Below, one piece after another: positions 15,652-24,795 of a stretch of 64,000 nucleotides of DNA (its first letter is position 1; every line of letters starts with the position of its first letter). Under the pieces are notes generated by a model that was not told the origin of the DNA, searched no databases, and was given only the letters and a program-made list of their open reading frames with translations. The DNA comes from a phage. The stretch lies in the sequence record PZ495249.1. One strand, given 5' to 3'. The position numbers and the translations under genes are program-made.

Positions 15652-16722
15652 ATGAAAGTAGGCTTAATTTTCGGTAAATTTGCACCACTGACAGCAGGAC
15701 ATGTCAACTTCATCCGTATGGCAGTAGAGTCGGGCATTGATCGTCTGTATTTGTTCCTGTCTTTCGACCAGAAGTTCAACGACACTCAAACTCCGTGGAT
15801 GCAGAAGCGCCTTGGCCTCACACAACGTTTGTGGGATCTCAAGTCTCTTATCGAAGACTCTGGACTCACTCGCAAAGTGATCGTAGACTACGTGGACGAG
15901 TCCAACATTCCTGGCTACCCAGAAGGTGGTAAGGCGTATGCTGAGTTGATTCGTGCTAAGATCCCCGAAGGAGAGGTGTTGACACACGCATTCTCTTCTG
16001 AGCCGGAGTATACTGCCTACTTCTCTGAGTATTTCCCAGAGGTGGAGCATGTTGTGCTGGATGCAGAGCGCAGCGGAGTAGATATTTCTGCTACACGCAT
16101 CCGTACCAACCTGCGGGACAACTTCGAGTATCTTTCCGAGCAAGCTAAACCTCGCTTTGTCAAGCGTGTGGCTATTATCGGTGTAGAAAGCACTGGTAAA
16201 TCCACGATGACCGAGCGTTTAGCTCACCACTACGCAACAACGTCTACGCCTGAGATCGGGCGGGACATTTGCGAAGAGTTATTCTGTGGTAGTGAATTCC
16301 TAATGGATCGTGAAGCGTATCTCAAAGTTGCTATGGCACACCGTATGGAAGAATATATGCACTCCAACGAGGCACACGTTGTCCACATCTCGGACACCAC
16401 CAACTTGATCACGCACTTCTCCGGTATTTGTTCAGGCAAACTGTATCTGAACGACCATATGTTCAGGGCTTTATCTCGTGAAGAAGCTAACACCTTCTAT
16501 GACCTGGTGTTGTTCCTGTCTCCAGAAGTCGAGTGGGTAGAAGATCCTCTGCGACTGCAAAATACGCCACGGAAACGACTTGACACACATAATTTCCTTG
16601 ATATGATGGTGACTGAACATTATGTCGGTCGTGTTCCTGTTGTTCACATCACGGGTACGGACTATGAAGATCGTATCAACCAGGCTATTAAAGCCATTGA
16701 TAAACTTTTAGCGGAGGGTTGA
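15652..16722 (+). CDS. nadR: NadR-like bifunctional NMN adenylyltransferase / ribosylnicotinamide kinase (no HTH domain)
   Basis: N-terminal nucleotidyltransferase motif GKFAPLTAGH; C-terminal P-loop GVESTGKST; AAAGGAG RBS. Confidence 0.8.
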   Translation: MKVGLIFGKFAPLTAGHVNFIRMAVESGIDRLYLFLSFDQKFNDTQTPWMQKRLGLTQRLWDLKSLIEDSGLTRKVIVDYVDESNIPGYPEGGKAYAELIRAKIPEGEVLTHAFSSEPEYTAYFSEYFPEVEHVVLDAERSGVDISATRIRTNLRDNFEYLSEQAKPRFVKRVAIIGVESTGKSTMTERLAHHYATTSTPEIGRDICEELFCGSEFLMDREAYLKVAMAHRMEEYMHSNEAHVVHISDTTNLITHFSGICSGKLYLNDHMFRALSREEANTFYDLVLFLSPEVEWVEDPLRLQNTPRKRLDTHNFLDMMVTEHYVGRVPVVHITGTDYEDRINQAIKAIDKLLAEG

Positions 16723-16724
16723 CA

Positions 16725-16898
16725 ATGTTTGGAAAACGTCTTAAAGTGTTGGCTACAGAACGAGCAGTACCAAAGCTGGAACTGCGTGAATATGAAATCG
16801 TGGTGCGCCACGGCAAAGAATGGATTGTTGACGGGTACGGCGGGTTTGTTCCGGTTAAAGAACTCCACCTTGCTAAGGTGACATTCGAAAGACTCTAA
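16725..16898 (+). CDS. small protein (57 aa)
   Basis: hand-called ORF filling the gap between nadR-like and the next gene. Confidence 0.4.
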   Translation: MFGKRLKVLATERAVPKLELREYEIVVRHGKEWIVDGYGGFVPVKELHLAKVTFERL

Positions 16899-16907
16899 GG
16901 AGGGTTT

Positions 16908-17093
16908 ATGAAAGTTGGAGATGTGTTGCGTTGTACTTACTCCGTGGACAGTGATTTCACGGTAGGAAATCTCTATGAGATCGTGTCTTTTGATAAGGAT
17001 GGTGATCCTATTTTGAGGGATAACGACGATTACACTGGCGGTATCGGTGTTGTCATGAATGGCACTCGTTGGCGTTTCGAGGAGGTTGAATGA
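16908..17093 (+). CDS. small protein (61 aa), tandem paralog A
   Basis: track ORF; shares MK.GD.(L/V)RCT..(S/D)D....G.LY pattern with next gene. Confidence 0.5.
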   Translation: MKVGDVLRCTYSVDSDFTVGNLYEIVSFDKDGDPILRDNDDYTGGIGVVMNGTRWRFEEVE

Positions 17094-17281
17094 AAATCGG
17101 TGATCGTGTAAGATGTACTCGCAGCGATGACTCTGAATTGTATTCGGTGGATACTCTCTATGTGATAGAAGGATTTGGATACGGTGGAATGTTGCTACGT
17201 GATGATAAGGGTGGTCTGGATCGCATTCCTATCCCGATGAAAGGTGCATTCTGGGATTTCGAACCAGTTTTAGAAAACTAA
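17090..17281 (+). CDS. small protein (63 aa), tandem paralog B
   Basis: track ORF; ATGA overlap with paralog A. Confidence 0.5.
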   Translation: MKIGDRVRCTRSDDSELYSVDTLYVIEGFGYGGMLLRDDKGGLDRIPIPMKGAFWDFEPVLEN

Positions 17282-17305
17282 TTTAATCCTAAAGAGGAGA
17301 TGAAC

Positions 17306-17998
17306 ATGAACTTATACGTTAAATCCACCTGGACTGACTTCTACGGCTGGAAACCTTTGGAATATCTTTGGTTGGTTATCTGTACTGCCAGTATCGGTGC
17401 GATCTCTATTGCGATGAACAGTACGCTGGTTGAGTTTATCTCCTCAGTAACAGGGATTGTAGGTGCAATCCTTGTGGCAAAGGGTAAAATTTCAAGCTAC
17501 TGGTGGGGTGTCATTGCTACGGCACTCTACGCATGGATCTCATACAAATACCAACTCTTCGGTGAAGCGATCATGTACACACTCGTGTTCCTCCCGATGC
17601 AGTTCTGGGGTGCAGTGGTGTGGAGTCGAAAGCTGAATGTAAGTGGAGATCGTGCAGATGTTATCAAGAACTACCTGACGACAAAGCAACGCATTTGGGT
17701 GAGCGTCGGTACGCTGGCAGCAATTGGGCTTTATGCCTTGTTCGTAGCCGAACTGAAAGGTAGTATGCCTGGTTTGGATTCTGCAACTGCAATCCTGTCC
17801 ATTCTGGCTACCACACTTATGATGTACCGTTATGCTGAGCAATGGTATGTTTGGGTGTTGGTTAACATCGTGGCAGTGGTCATGTGGATTCAGGCTACAC
17901 TACACCATGAAGGTGGTGGCGCAGCAGTGCTGGCAATGTGGGTAGCATTCCTGCTTAACTCTCTGTTTGGAGTGTACCAATGGCGCAAGCAAAGTTAG
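17306..17998 (+). CDS. pnuC: PnuC-family nicotinamide riboside transporter
   Basis: multi-helix membrane protein with PnuC-like W/Y-rich pattern; AGAGGAG RBS (alternative ATG at 17300). Confidence 0.8.
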   Translation: MNLYVKSTWTDFYGWKPLEYLWLVICTASIGAISIAMNSTLVEFISSVTGIVGAILVAKGKISSYWWGVIATALYAWISYKYQLFGEAIMYTLVFLPMQFWGAVVWSRKLNVSGDRADVIKNYLTTKQRIWVSVGTLAAIGLYALFVAELKGSMPGLDSATAILSILATTLMMYRYAEQWYVWVLVNIVAVVMWIQATLHHEGGGAAVLAMWVAFLLNSLFGVYQWRKQS

Positions 17999-18137
17999 TG
18001 AAATACTCCCTGTACGGGAGAATGGGTTGGGACAGTGAGCCAGTTTGTCTGCACACAAATCTTAGCGCGGTACAAGTGGCTCTTAAAATAGAACATTACC
18101 TCGCCACCTGGCGACATGTTGAAGTGAGGAGAGAATT

Positions 18138-18494
18138 ATGAGTTATCAAGAAGCATTAGAAGCAACAGGTGCGGAAGTGCTGGACTACCAGGAATTTGGT
18201 AGCTATCAGGGCGAATGGTTGGCTCTTGTACGAGTTAATGGTGTTCTCGGTGTAGCTGAGGGTTCCTACGGCTCCTGCTCTGGTTGTGACTCGTTTGAGG
18301 CAGAATTTGGTTGGGGTGATCGTGATGCTGACGACTACCAGGAGCGACTCGCTGATTTCGGCAATGGTTATCTTCCGGCTTGGTCGTTCAATGAATTAAT
18401 CTCTCGCCTGGAGTACCAGGTGGAGGAGTATTCATGGGGTGATTACGAAGAAATGTTGGAGAAAGTTAAGGCTTGGAAAGAAGCCTACGAGTAA
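18138..18494 (+). CDS. acidic hypothetical protein (118 aa)
   Basis: track ORF; GAGGAGAG RBS; strongly Asp/Glu-rich. Confidence 0.6.
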   Translation: MSYQEALEATGAEVLDYQEFGSYQGEWLALVRVNGVLGVAEGSYGSCSGCDSFEAEFGWGDRDADDYQERLADFGNGYLPAWSFNELISRLEYQVEEYSWGDYEEMLEKVKAWKEAYE

Positions 18495-18503
18495 GGAGGG
18501 ACA

Positions 18504-18881
18504 GTGAAAACAACGATTGAAGTTGATTTAAAATGGTATACAATGCGTCAGAATAACTCTGGTGGTTACTTCATCCGTAATGATGAAGTGAGAGACACGG
18601 TTATCATCCAAGCAACATCACCAGAGGATGCACAGAGTCGTGCTGATCGTATAACCTGTGGAAATGACTCATACTGTGAATGCTGCGGTGAACGTTGGTA
18701 CACTTGGTTTAGCTCAACAGATGGTGAAGAAGTACCAAGTTTGTACGGTACACCAATCGACGAATTAGATCGTGAATCTTTCCGTTATGATGCAGTGTTG
18801 TACTACTTTGACGGAACCAAGCGTTTCTATAAGTTTGGTACTGGGTTCGTACCTTACGAACAACTGGAGGATGATGAATGA
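18504..18881 (+). CDS. hypothetical Cys-containing protein (125 aa), GTG start
   Basis: track ORF; AAGGAGGG 4-5 nt before GTG. Confidence 0.55.
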   Translation: MKTTIEVDLKWYTMRQNNSGGYFIRNDEVRDTVIIQATSPEDAQSRADRITCGNDSYCECCGERWYTWFSSTDGEEVPSLYGTPIDELDRESFRYDAVLYYFDGTKRFYKFGTGFVPYEQLEDDE

Positions 18882-19240
18882 TTAAGTGGCTATTGGTGAT
18901 CGCGCTGTTTTTATCTGCTGGCGCGAATGCGCGGGAAGGATTCAAAGTGGTTGCCAATGGCACTAAATTCTTTACCTGGTATGGTGGTGTAGCTTTATAC
19001 CAAGATGAAGGTAAGGACATTCGTTGTAAGCTGGACAAGAGTACAAAATCAGTGGATCAGTGGGGCGATGCCTTTAAAGCCACTGGCTTTTATTGTGGGA
19101 AGGATCTCTTCATCCTTGTCAAAGAATACATGGACATAGACCGCCAACTCTTCATCACTCTCAATCCTGCGAAATTTGAAGAAAGGAAAACCTACAAAGT
19201 AGATTTGTTCCTGGAGTACAAAGAGGACGAGAAGAAATGA
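18878..19240 (+). CDS. secreted protein with signal peptide (120 aa)
   Basis: track ORF; N-terminus MIKWLLVIALFLSAGANA. Confidence 0.6.
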   Translation: MIKWLLVIALFLSAGANAREGFKVVANGTKFFTWYGGVALYQDEGKDIRCKLDKSTKSVDQWGDAFKATGFYCGKDLFILVKEYMDIDRQLFITLNPAKFEERKTYKVDLFLEYKEDEKK

Positions 19241-19614
19241 AAGTTTTAAATTTTTACCACCTTGGCAAGGTGATTCCAGAGGGAGCGACATACATTGGAC
19301 GTGCAATGCCCCACTTCGGGCTTAAAGCCTCCAAGTTTGCCAACCCTTTTAAGCTACAAGATGGAGAGCCAAGAGGCTCAACAATTCAGCGATACAAAGA
19401 ATGGTTGTGGGAACAGATACGTTCTGGTAAGATTACCCTTGAGGATTTACTGGAATTGGAAGGTCAAAACCTTGTTTGCTTCTGTGCTCCTCAAGCTTGT
19501 CACGGAGATGTGTTGGTTGCAGCCGTACAATGGGCGAGAAGAGAATGGGACAAACGTCACCCGCCATTTAAAGATGACTATTGGGTTTGGGAGGAAAATT
19601 ATGGTAACAGTTAA
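19237..19614 (+). CDS. hypothetical protein (125 aa) with CxC..CHGDVL motif
   Basis: track ORF; ATGA overlap. Confidence 0.6.
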   Translation: MKVLNFYHLGKVIPEGATYIGRAMPHFGLKASKFANPFKLQDGEPRGSTIQRYKEWLWEQIRSGKITLEDLLELEGQNLVCFCAPQACHGDVLVAAVQWARREWDKRHPPFKDDYWVWEENYGNS

Positions 19615-19831
19615 AGTGTTTGCCTATAAAGATGATTTGGGGATTGACTGCGAAGATTTCGTGGTTAATGATGGCATACTCTTTCCATTGGGAGAATCCA
19701 AGGATGAAGAAGATCGGAAAGCAACGGCTATCCGTTGTGTGAAAGGTCACTTTTACGGCTTAAATGCCGATCAGAACATGGACAAGAAAGCAGTCCTGAT
19801 TGCAACCTATACCTTCGAGGAGGAAGTATGA
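19601..19831 (+). CDS. hypothetical protein (76 aa)
   Basis: track ORF 19295..19831 trimmed to Met 103 with GGAGGAAAA RBS. Confidence 0.5.
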   Translation: MVTVKVFAYKDDLGIDCEDFVVNDGILFPLGESKDEEDRKATAIRCVKGHFYGLNADQNMDKKAVLIATYTFEEEV

Positions 19832-20202
19832 ATCAAACAACACAAGATATTGATATCTTCAAACTAACCATGCTGGCAGATCGTCCAGCCACCATTTACC
19901 ATGATCTGGATAAGAACGATACCTTCATCTACATCGGTGCAGAACGTTTCACAATTCCGCATGGTTCAATGGCACTCTCCCGACCAGGAGATCACCCACT
20001 GAAAGAAAAATTCAGAGGCTTCGGTTTCGCACAGGATGTTAAACTGGATGGTTGGATCAAAGTGTTCCAGATGGATGAACACTACCTGGTGATGTTCGCC
20101 ACAGAGAAGTTCACGGAGCAACCAGGGGAACCTGATGCAGTGAATGATATCATCCTGCTCAAAGCAGGTAACGCACTGGATGACGTTAAAGCCCTAAGCT
20201 AA
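19828..20202 (+). CDS. hypothetical protein (124 aa)
   Basis: track ORF 19735..20202 trimmed to Met with GGAGGAAG RBS. Confidence 0.55.
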   Translation: MNQTTQDIDIFKLTMLADRPATIYHDLDKNDTFIYIGAERFTIPHGSMALSRPGDHPLKEKFRGFGFAQDVKLDGWIKVFQMDEHYLVMFATEKFTEQPGEPDAVNDIILLKAGNALDDVKALS

Positions 20203-20211
20203 GGAGGCAAG

Positions 20212-20721
20212 ATGTTTTTTGATGTTTTCTCACCTTTGGTTGAATCTTCAAGCCAAGCGGTTATTTACCCTGAGTGGGATGAACGTGAAGAGTGGATTGA
20301 AAACCACGATTACGATCCGACAAATGTAAACTGGTGTAGCCTGGATGTTCATAACTTCAAACGTGATACAGGCATCTTAAAATATTACGCTTTCTACACG
20401 GTGGATAACATCTACGAATACTTTGTGTTCCGTAGTTTGATTATCCATCTGAACAAACTTGGTGGTCTGGAGGGTAAAGGTAGTTTCACTTTAGGCCACT
20501 ACATCCCCTTTAAGAAAGGGGGCGTTCACTTCCCCAGTAATTGGATCATTCAAACTCAACGTGAGAACTCTCACGCTGGAGATAAATTGCCGGAGAAAAA
20601 AGAAAAATGGACATGGGAAGAGCAGAAAGATTATATCTTCAAGCACTTACCAGAAGATTTGAACGGTGAGTATGCAGAAATCACTATAAAACGTATGTTG
20701 CAAGTGATGGACTTTTACTGA
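20212..20721 (+). CDS. hypothetical protein with possible HNH-like (His-Me finger) motif
   Basis: track ORF; AAGGAGG RBS; GHYIPFKKGG...N....REN pattern. Confidence 0.55.
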   Translation: MFFDVFSPLVESSSQAVIYPEWDEREEWIENHDYDPTNVNWCSLDVHNFKRDTGILKYYAFYTVDNIYEYFVFRSLIIHLNKLGGLEGKGSFTLGHYIPFKKGGVHFPSNWIIQTQRENSHAGDKLPEKKEKWTWEEQKDYIFKHLPEDLNGEYAEITIKRMLQVMDFY

Positions 20722-20730
20722 GGAGGAACA

Positions 20731-21192
20731 ATGAGTAAACGTTTTGGACGAAACCAAAAACGCAAAATGCGTGAAGCTCTGGCTGCACAGCAAGAACAAT
20801 TAAATAAATTGCAGAGAGATCTTGACAACAGTCGTAATGAGAATAGAATGGAGCGCGAATGTCTTGAAATGACATGCGAACTCCTGGGAGAATATTTCCC
20901 AACCCTCATGCCTAAAACCAAAGATGTAAATTACCTTCCAGTACAATTAGCTCGTACATCTGGTGAAGATATCTACAATATGATGGCGACTATTCACACC
21001 TTACGAGGTATTGAGTATCGTGCTGACCTCGACAGATTACGAGATACTATGTATATCCGTGTCTCTACACCGGAAGGTGGTACTGTGGCATATAACTGGC
21101 AGTTTAGAAATCTGCCCTCACACATCATGGAGCGAGTATTGGAACGAGATCTGATTCCCATGTTAGTGAATGAAATTAAGAGAGGAATGTAA
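20731..21192 (+). CDS. coiled-coil protein (153 aa)
   Basis: track ORF; GAGGAGG RBS. Confidence 0.6.
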   Translation: MSKRFGRNQKRKMREALAAQQEQLNKLQRDLDNSRNENRMERECLEMTCELLGEYFPTLMPKTKDVNYLPVQLARTSGEDIYNMMATIHTLRGIEYRADLDRLRDTMYIRVSTPEGGTVAYNWQFRNLPSHIMERVLERDLIPMLVNEIKRGM

Positions 21193-23006
21193 TGGCTAAA
21201 AGCGAACTAAGTTTTACACCGACTGACGAACAATTTGCAATTGAAGGTGCGTTCAAAGAGAACCGATTCACCACCATTCAAGCTAAATCTGGATCTGGTA
21301 AAACTTCCACATTGTATATGCTGGCAAATGGTACGGATGATAAGATCCTGTATCTGGCATTTAACAAAAGCATGGCAGAAGAAGCCCGTCGCAAGATGCC
21401 GGATAATGTAGAATGCAGAACATTGCATTCCATATGCTACCAGCAACTGGATCAGTCTCTGCGTCACAAGCTGACACGTCCAGAAGGTGCATACGTTAAC
21501 GTGGCAGGAACGGGTAACGAGATTGCCAAGAAGTTCAAAATCAATAACTTGATTGATAAAAATGGGAAAACTCTGCTCACTCGTGCAATGATTGGTTTGA
21601 TGATCAAGCAAACTGTGGGTAAGTTTGAATTCTCCGACGATGCTCACCTGGGGCGTAAACACTTCCCTACTGTGCATCTGGCAGATATTAAACGCAAAAA
21701 CATCAATGAAAACAAACTGATTTCAGAGGTGGTTACGTATGCTAAACAGCTTTGGCGTGAACGTATTGATCCTAAGTCAGAAACAATCATGACTCACGAC
21801 ACCTATGTGAAACTGTTTGAATTGTCGGGTAAAGACTTGGGATACGATATCATCTTTGGTGATGAGTTCCAGGACGTTAACCCTGCGTTCCTGTCCATCC
21901 TGCGTAATGCCAAGGCAGCTAAACGCATTGTGGTGGTAGGGGATGAATTCCAGAGTATCTATCAGTTCCGTGGTAGTCAGAACATGATGAAAGAAACCTC
22001 CACCTACGGTGTAGAACTTCCTCTGACAGCATGTTTTCGATTCGGTCCGAAAGTGGCAACTATCGCCAACATGATCCTGGAAGATAAAGAACCGCTGGCT
22101 CACCCGCTGGTAGGTAAAGGTTATGATACAACGGTAGGCAGTTATGTCTCTGATATGGTGGATTACACCAAGCCGTATACAATCATCTTCCGTAAAAACC
22201 TGACACTGCTGATGGAAGCAATGGATCGTATCGCTGATGGTGAGGAGATTATCATCAACGTTGACACCAAAGACTTTATCTCAATGGTGGATAGCGTGAA
22301 CGCTCTGCGTCGTGGTGATATTGAGAAGGTGAAACACGAAACAGTGTTACCATATGCAAACTGGGATGAGTTTGTAGAGTGCGCTGAGAGCGATCCTGAC
22401 GCGAAACGACTGCTTAACGTAGTTGTGAGTGGGAAAGCGAATACAATCGCTCACACCCTGCGTACACATCGAAATTCACCTACTGCGAAGGTGACGCTCA
22501 CTACGGCTCACAAGTCAAAAGGTCTGGAGTGGGATCAGGTAGTTGTTGCTAACGACTTCCCTTCCAACTATGATAAGAAAACAGGGGAATGGGTGGGTTT
22601 GGAAGAAGCAGAGCGTAACCTGTTGTACGTAGCCCACACTCGTTGTATCAAATGCTTACAGTGGAACAGCACTGTTCAAGAGATTATTGATATCAGGGGT
22701 GTAGCGCAGGAGAAAACTGCGCCCCCAAAGGAGAAGCCGCTTAAAGGCGGCATCCCCATCGAAAATGTTCGCTTAGGCGTGTTTGGTGCTGGCTGTACGA
22801 CAGCCAGTGATATCAAGTGCTTCGTAGCAGATAGCTTCGATGGTAACGATAACCACCTCCAGGCTTACGAAAGTTGGCTTGAAGATGGTGACGGTGAATT
22901 CCTGGGAGAGATTGATTTGATGCCGGACTTGTCCCGTAGCAATGACCTCTTAGGACGCATCGAAAGAAAGATAGCAATGGAAAACTATGACGGAGATACC
23001 TGTTAA
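21192..23006 (+). CDS. UvrD/PcrA-like superfamily 1 DNA helicase
   Basis: Walker A AKSGSGKT; Walker B FGDEFQD; helicase C-terminal motifs; 604 aa. Confidence 0.8.
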   Translation: MAKSELSFTPTDEQFAIEGAFKENRFTTIQAKSGSGKTSTLYMLANGTDDKILYLAFNKSMAEEARRKMPDNVECRTLHSICYQQLDQSLRHKLTRPEGAYVNVAGTGNEIAKKFKINNLIDKNGKTLLTRAMIGLMIKQTVGKFEFSDDAHLGRKHFPTVHLADIKRKNINENKLISEVVTYAKQLWRERIDPKSETIMTHDTYVKLFELSGKDLGYDIIFGDEFQDVNPAFLSILRNAKAAKRIVVVGDEFQSIYQFRGSQNMMKETSTYGVELPLTACFRFGPKVATIANMILEDKEPLAHPLVGKGYDTTVGSYVSDMVDYTKPYTIIFRKNLTLLMEAMDRIADGEEIIINVDTKDFISMVDSVNALRRGDIEKVKHETVLPYANWDEFVECAESDPDAKRLLNVVVSGKANTIAHTLRTHRNSPTAKVTLTTAHKSKGLEWDQVVVANDFPSNYDKKTGEWVGLEEAERNLLYVAHTRCIKCLQWNSTVQEIIDIRGVAQEKTAPPKEKPLKGGIPIENVRLGVFGAGCTTASDIKCFVADSFDGNDNHLQAYESWLEDGDGEFLGEIDLMPDLSRSNDLLGRIERKIAMENYDGDTC

Positions 23007-23194
23007 TGGACGGAAGTTCAATTCTGCACAAAGTATTAACCTGGCTTGAACAAGAAGTAGAAAAAGGCTTGCATGATCCCTCAGTGGATGCTAAAGTAGA
23101 GTCACTTTTGAAACTTGGCTGGACAAAGACCAAAGAACAACTCATCGAACTCGTTGAGAAGTGGGATGGCACTGAGGACAGTTTGAAGAAATAA
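23006..23194 (+). CDS. hypothetical protein (62 aa)
   Basis: track ORF; terminator immediately downstream. Confidence 0.5.
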   Translation: MDGSSILHKVLTWLEQEVEKGLHDPSVDAKVESLLKLGWTKTKEQLIELVEKWDGTEDSLKK

Positions 23195-23197
23195 TAC

Positions 23198-23219
23198 ATG
23201 CCCCTTCGGGGGCATTTTA
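23198..23219 (+). terminator. rho-independent terminator
   Basis: ATGCCCC-TTCG-GGGGCAT stem plus TTTT. Confidence 0.55.
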
Positions 23220-23232
23220 CAGGAGATAACTT

Positions 23233-23445
23233 ATGTGTGAGAATGACACTATTGCTTTTGGAATGAATGCAGCAGAAATCGTGTTGACAATTTTTGCATT
23301 TGGTTCTATCATTGCCTTAGCTGTTGTGATGATTGCCTATCTTAACGGACATATTTTTGCCGATGCTGAAACTAAAGCAACCAGAGGTACTCTCACAAGA
23401 GAACAGATCTCAGAACTGCATAGCCACATGATACGCAAAGAATAA
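23233..23445 (+). CDS. small membrane protein (70 aa)
   Basis: track ORF; AGGAGA RBS; one hydrophobic helix. Confidence 0.5.
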   Translation: MCENDTIAFGMNAAEIVLTIFAFGSIIALAVVMIAYLNGHIFADAETKATRGTLTREQISELHSHMIRKE

Positions 23446-23460
23446 TTAAAGGAGAAAAGA

Positions 23461-23895
23461 ATGAGCATTGTAACTCAAATGAAAGCAGATCGTATTCTGG
23501 CACGTACCACAGATAAAGGTGCGTTCGCCCTGTTAACCAATATCATCGGTGAGTTTGATCTCGCTCGTACTCAGAAAGCGAATCTGGGTAAATCCGAAGA
23601 CGATATCATGATCAATATCGTAAAAGTCGGGATTGCTCACACCAAAGAAGAGATTGCTTCTCTGAAAGCTGTATCTGCTTCCCAGGCACGTATCGAACGT
23701 GCAGAGCGCGATGTTATCGTACTGGAGCGCTATCTGCCGGAAATGCTGTCTGAGGAAGACCTGCGTTTCATTGCAGAAGAATTTGCTCTATCTGGTAAGA
23801 AAATGCCCGATATGATGAAACACCTGCGTACTGATTTCCCTAACCAGTACGATGGTAAACTGGCTTCCACTATCGCTAAGGAGATCTTGGGATGA
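23461..23895 (+). CDS. GatB/YqeY-domain protein
   Basis: track ORF; AAAGGAGAAAAG RBS; YqeY-like helical pattern (..LERYLPEMLSEEDL..). Confidence 0.65.
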   Translation: MSIVTQMKADRILARTTDKGAFALLTNIIGEFDLARTQKANLGKSEDDIMINIVKVGIAHTKEEIASLKAVSASQARIERAERDVIVLERYLPEMLSEEDLRFIAEEFALSGKKMPDMMKHLRTDFPNQYDGKLASTIAKEILG

Positions 23896-24728
23896 ATATT
23901 TTAAAAATTGCTTTTGATGACAAGCAGCTTGATAAAGAAAAACTGCAAAACGTCTTAGATGCTATTCAAACTGATCACATTTTCTGGGAGAATGCTGATG
24001 AATTTATTCTCTTTTCAAGAGACGGGGAATTCACATGGCTTGAAAAAAGCGGAGATACCATTTCTCTTGGTGGTGGTGCAAATCTACCTGGTGGAGTTGA
24101 GGTGGTTGATTTTGATGTGTGGTACAAAGAGGCTATGAAAACACTTGGAGAAGAAACAATTACCGATAAGAAAGAAGATAAAATTATCGGTATTCCAGAA
24201 GGGTTTATCTATCACGATGGTAAATCTGTCGTAGGTGACAAAGATCGCAAAGTGAAGATCGTAGTTCGCGAGGGGGATGTATTAGATGGTAGGGTGGGAG
24301 AATTCCGTTGGAATCATTACGGCAATGACCGAGATATTGTAGGTTATAGATTCTTGGATGACAAGCCAACACCTGTACGTAACCCTCGTCCACGCTATCG
24401 TAAACGTACTCGTCAGAAGCCAACCGTGGCTAAAACTATCGTCCGTGTACTTTACACCACGCAGCAAGTGTACACGTTTAAAAACGTGCGCAGTGTGCAG
24501 GTGATCGATGGTACGGTGTACATCCAACATGAGCGGGAAGTCACCGAAGGTATTAAAGAGAGCATCGAAACTGAGATCGATGAAAAACTGCTGATGGCTG
24601 TAGTGATCCACGATGTGGGTAATCGCTCAAGCTTCCTGCGTAACATTGACGGCTCCTGGGATTACCAGGCAGAAGATGGTACGGTGATCAATGGCGGTAA
24701 ACAACTCGGTCGAATTTTTAAAAAATAA
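23892..24728 (+). CDS. hypothetical protein (278 aa)
   Basis: track ORF; ATGA overlap. Confidence 0.6.
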   Translation: MNILKIAFDDKQLDKEKLQNVLDAIQTDHIFWENADEFILFSRDGEFTWLEKSGDTISLGGGANLPGGVEVVDFDVWYKEAMKTLGEETITDKKEDKIIGIPEGFIYHDGKSVVGDKDRKVKIVVREGDVLDGRVGEFRWNHYGNDRDIVGYRFLDDKPTPVRNPRPRYRKRTRQKPTVAKTIVRVLYTTQQVYTFKNVRSVQVIDGTVYIQHEREVTEGIKESIETEIDEKLLMAVVIHDVGNRSSFLRNIDGSWDYQAEDGTVINGGKQLGRIFKK

Positions 24729-24795
24729 GAGTTGATTTTCACAGGGGAGGTTGATATACTTCCCCTACACTTTAAAGAGAAAGAAGGAGAAATAC

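Noticed and set aside
21207-22103. Minus-strand track ORFs inside the rightward helicase, polymerase and primase genes (e.g. 21207..21677, 21777..22103, 41801..42358, 43283..43852)
   Set aside because: They lie antisense within long, motif-supported plus-strand genes and are Cys/His/Phe-rich in the way antisense frames of coding DNA usually are.
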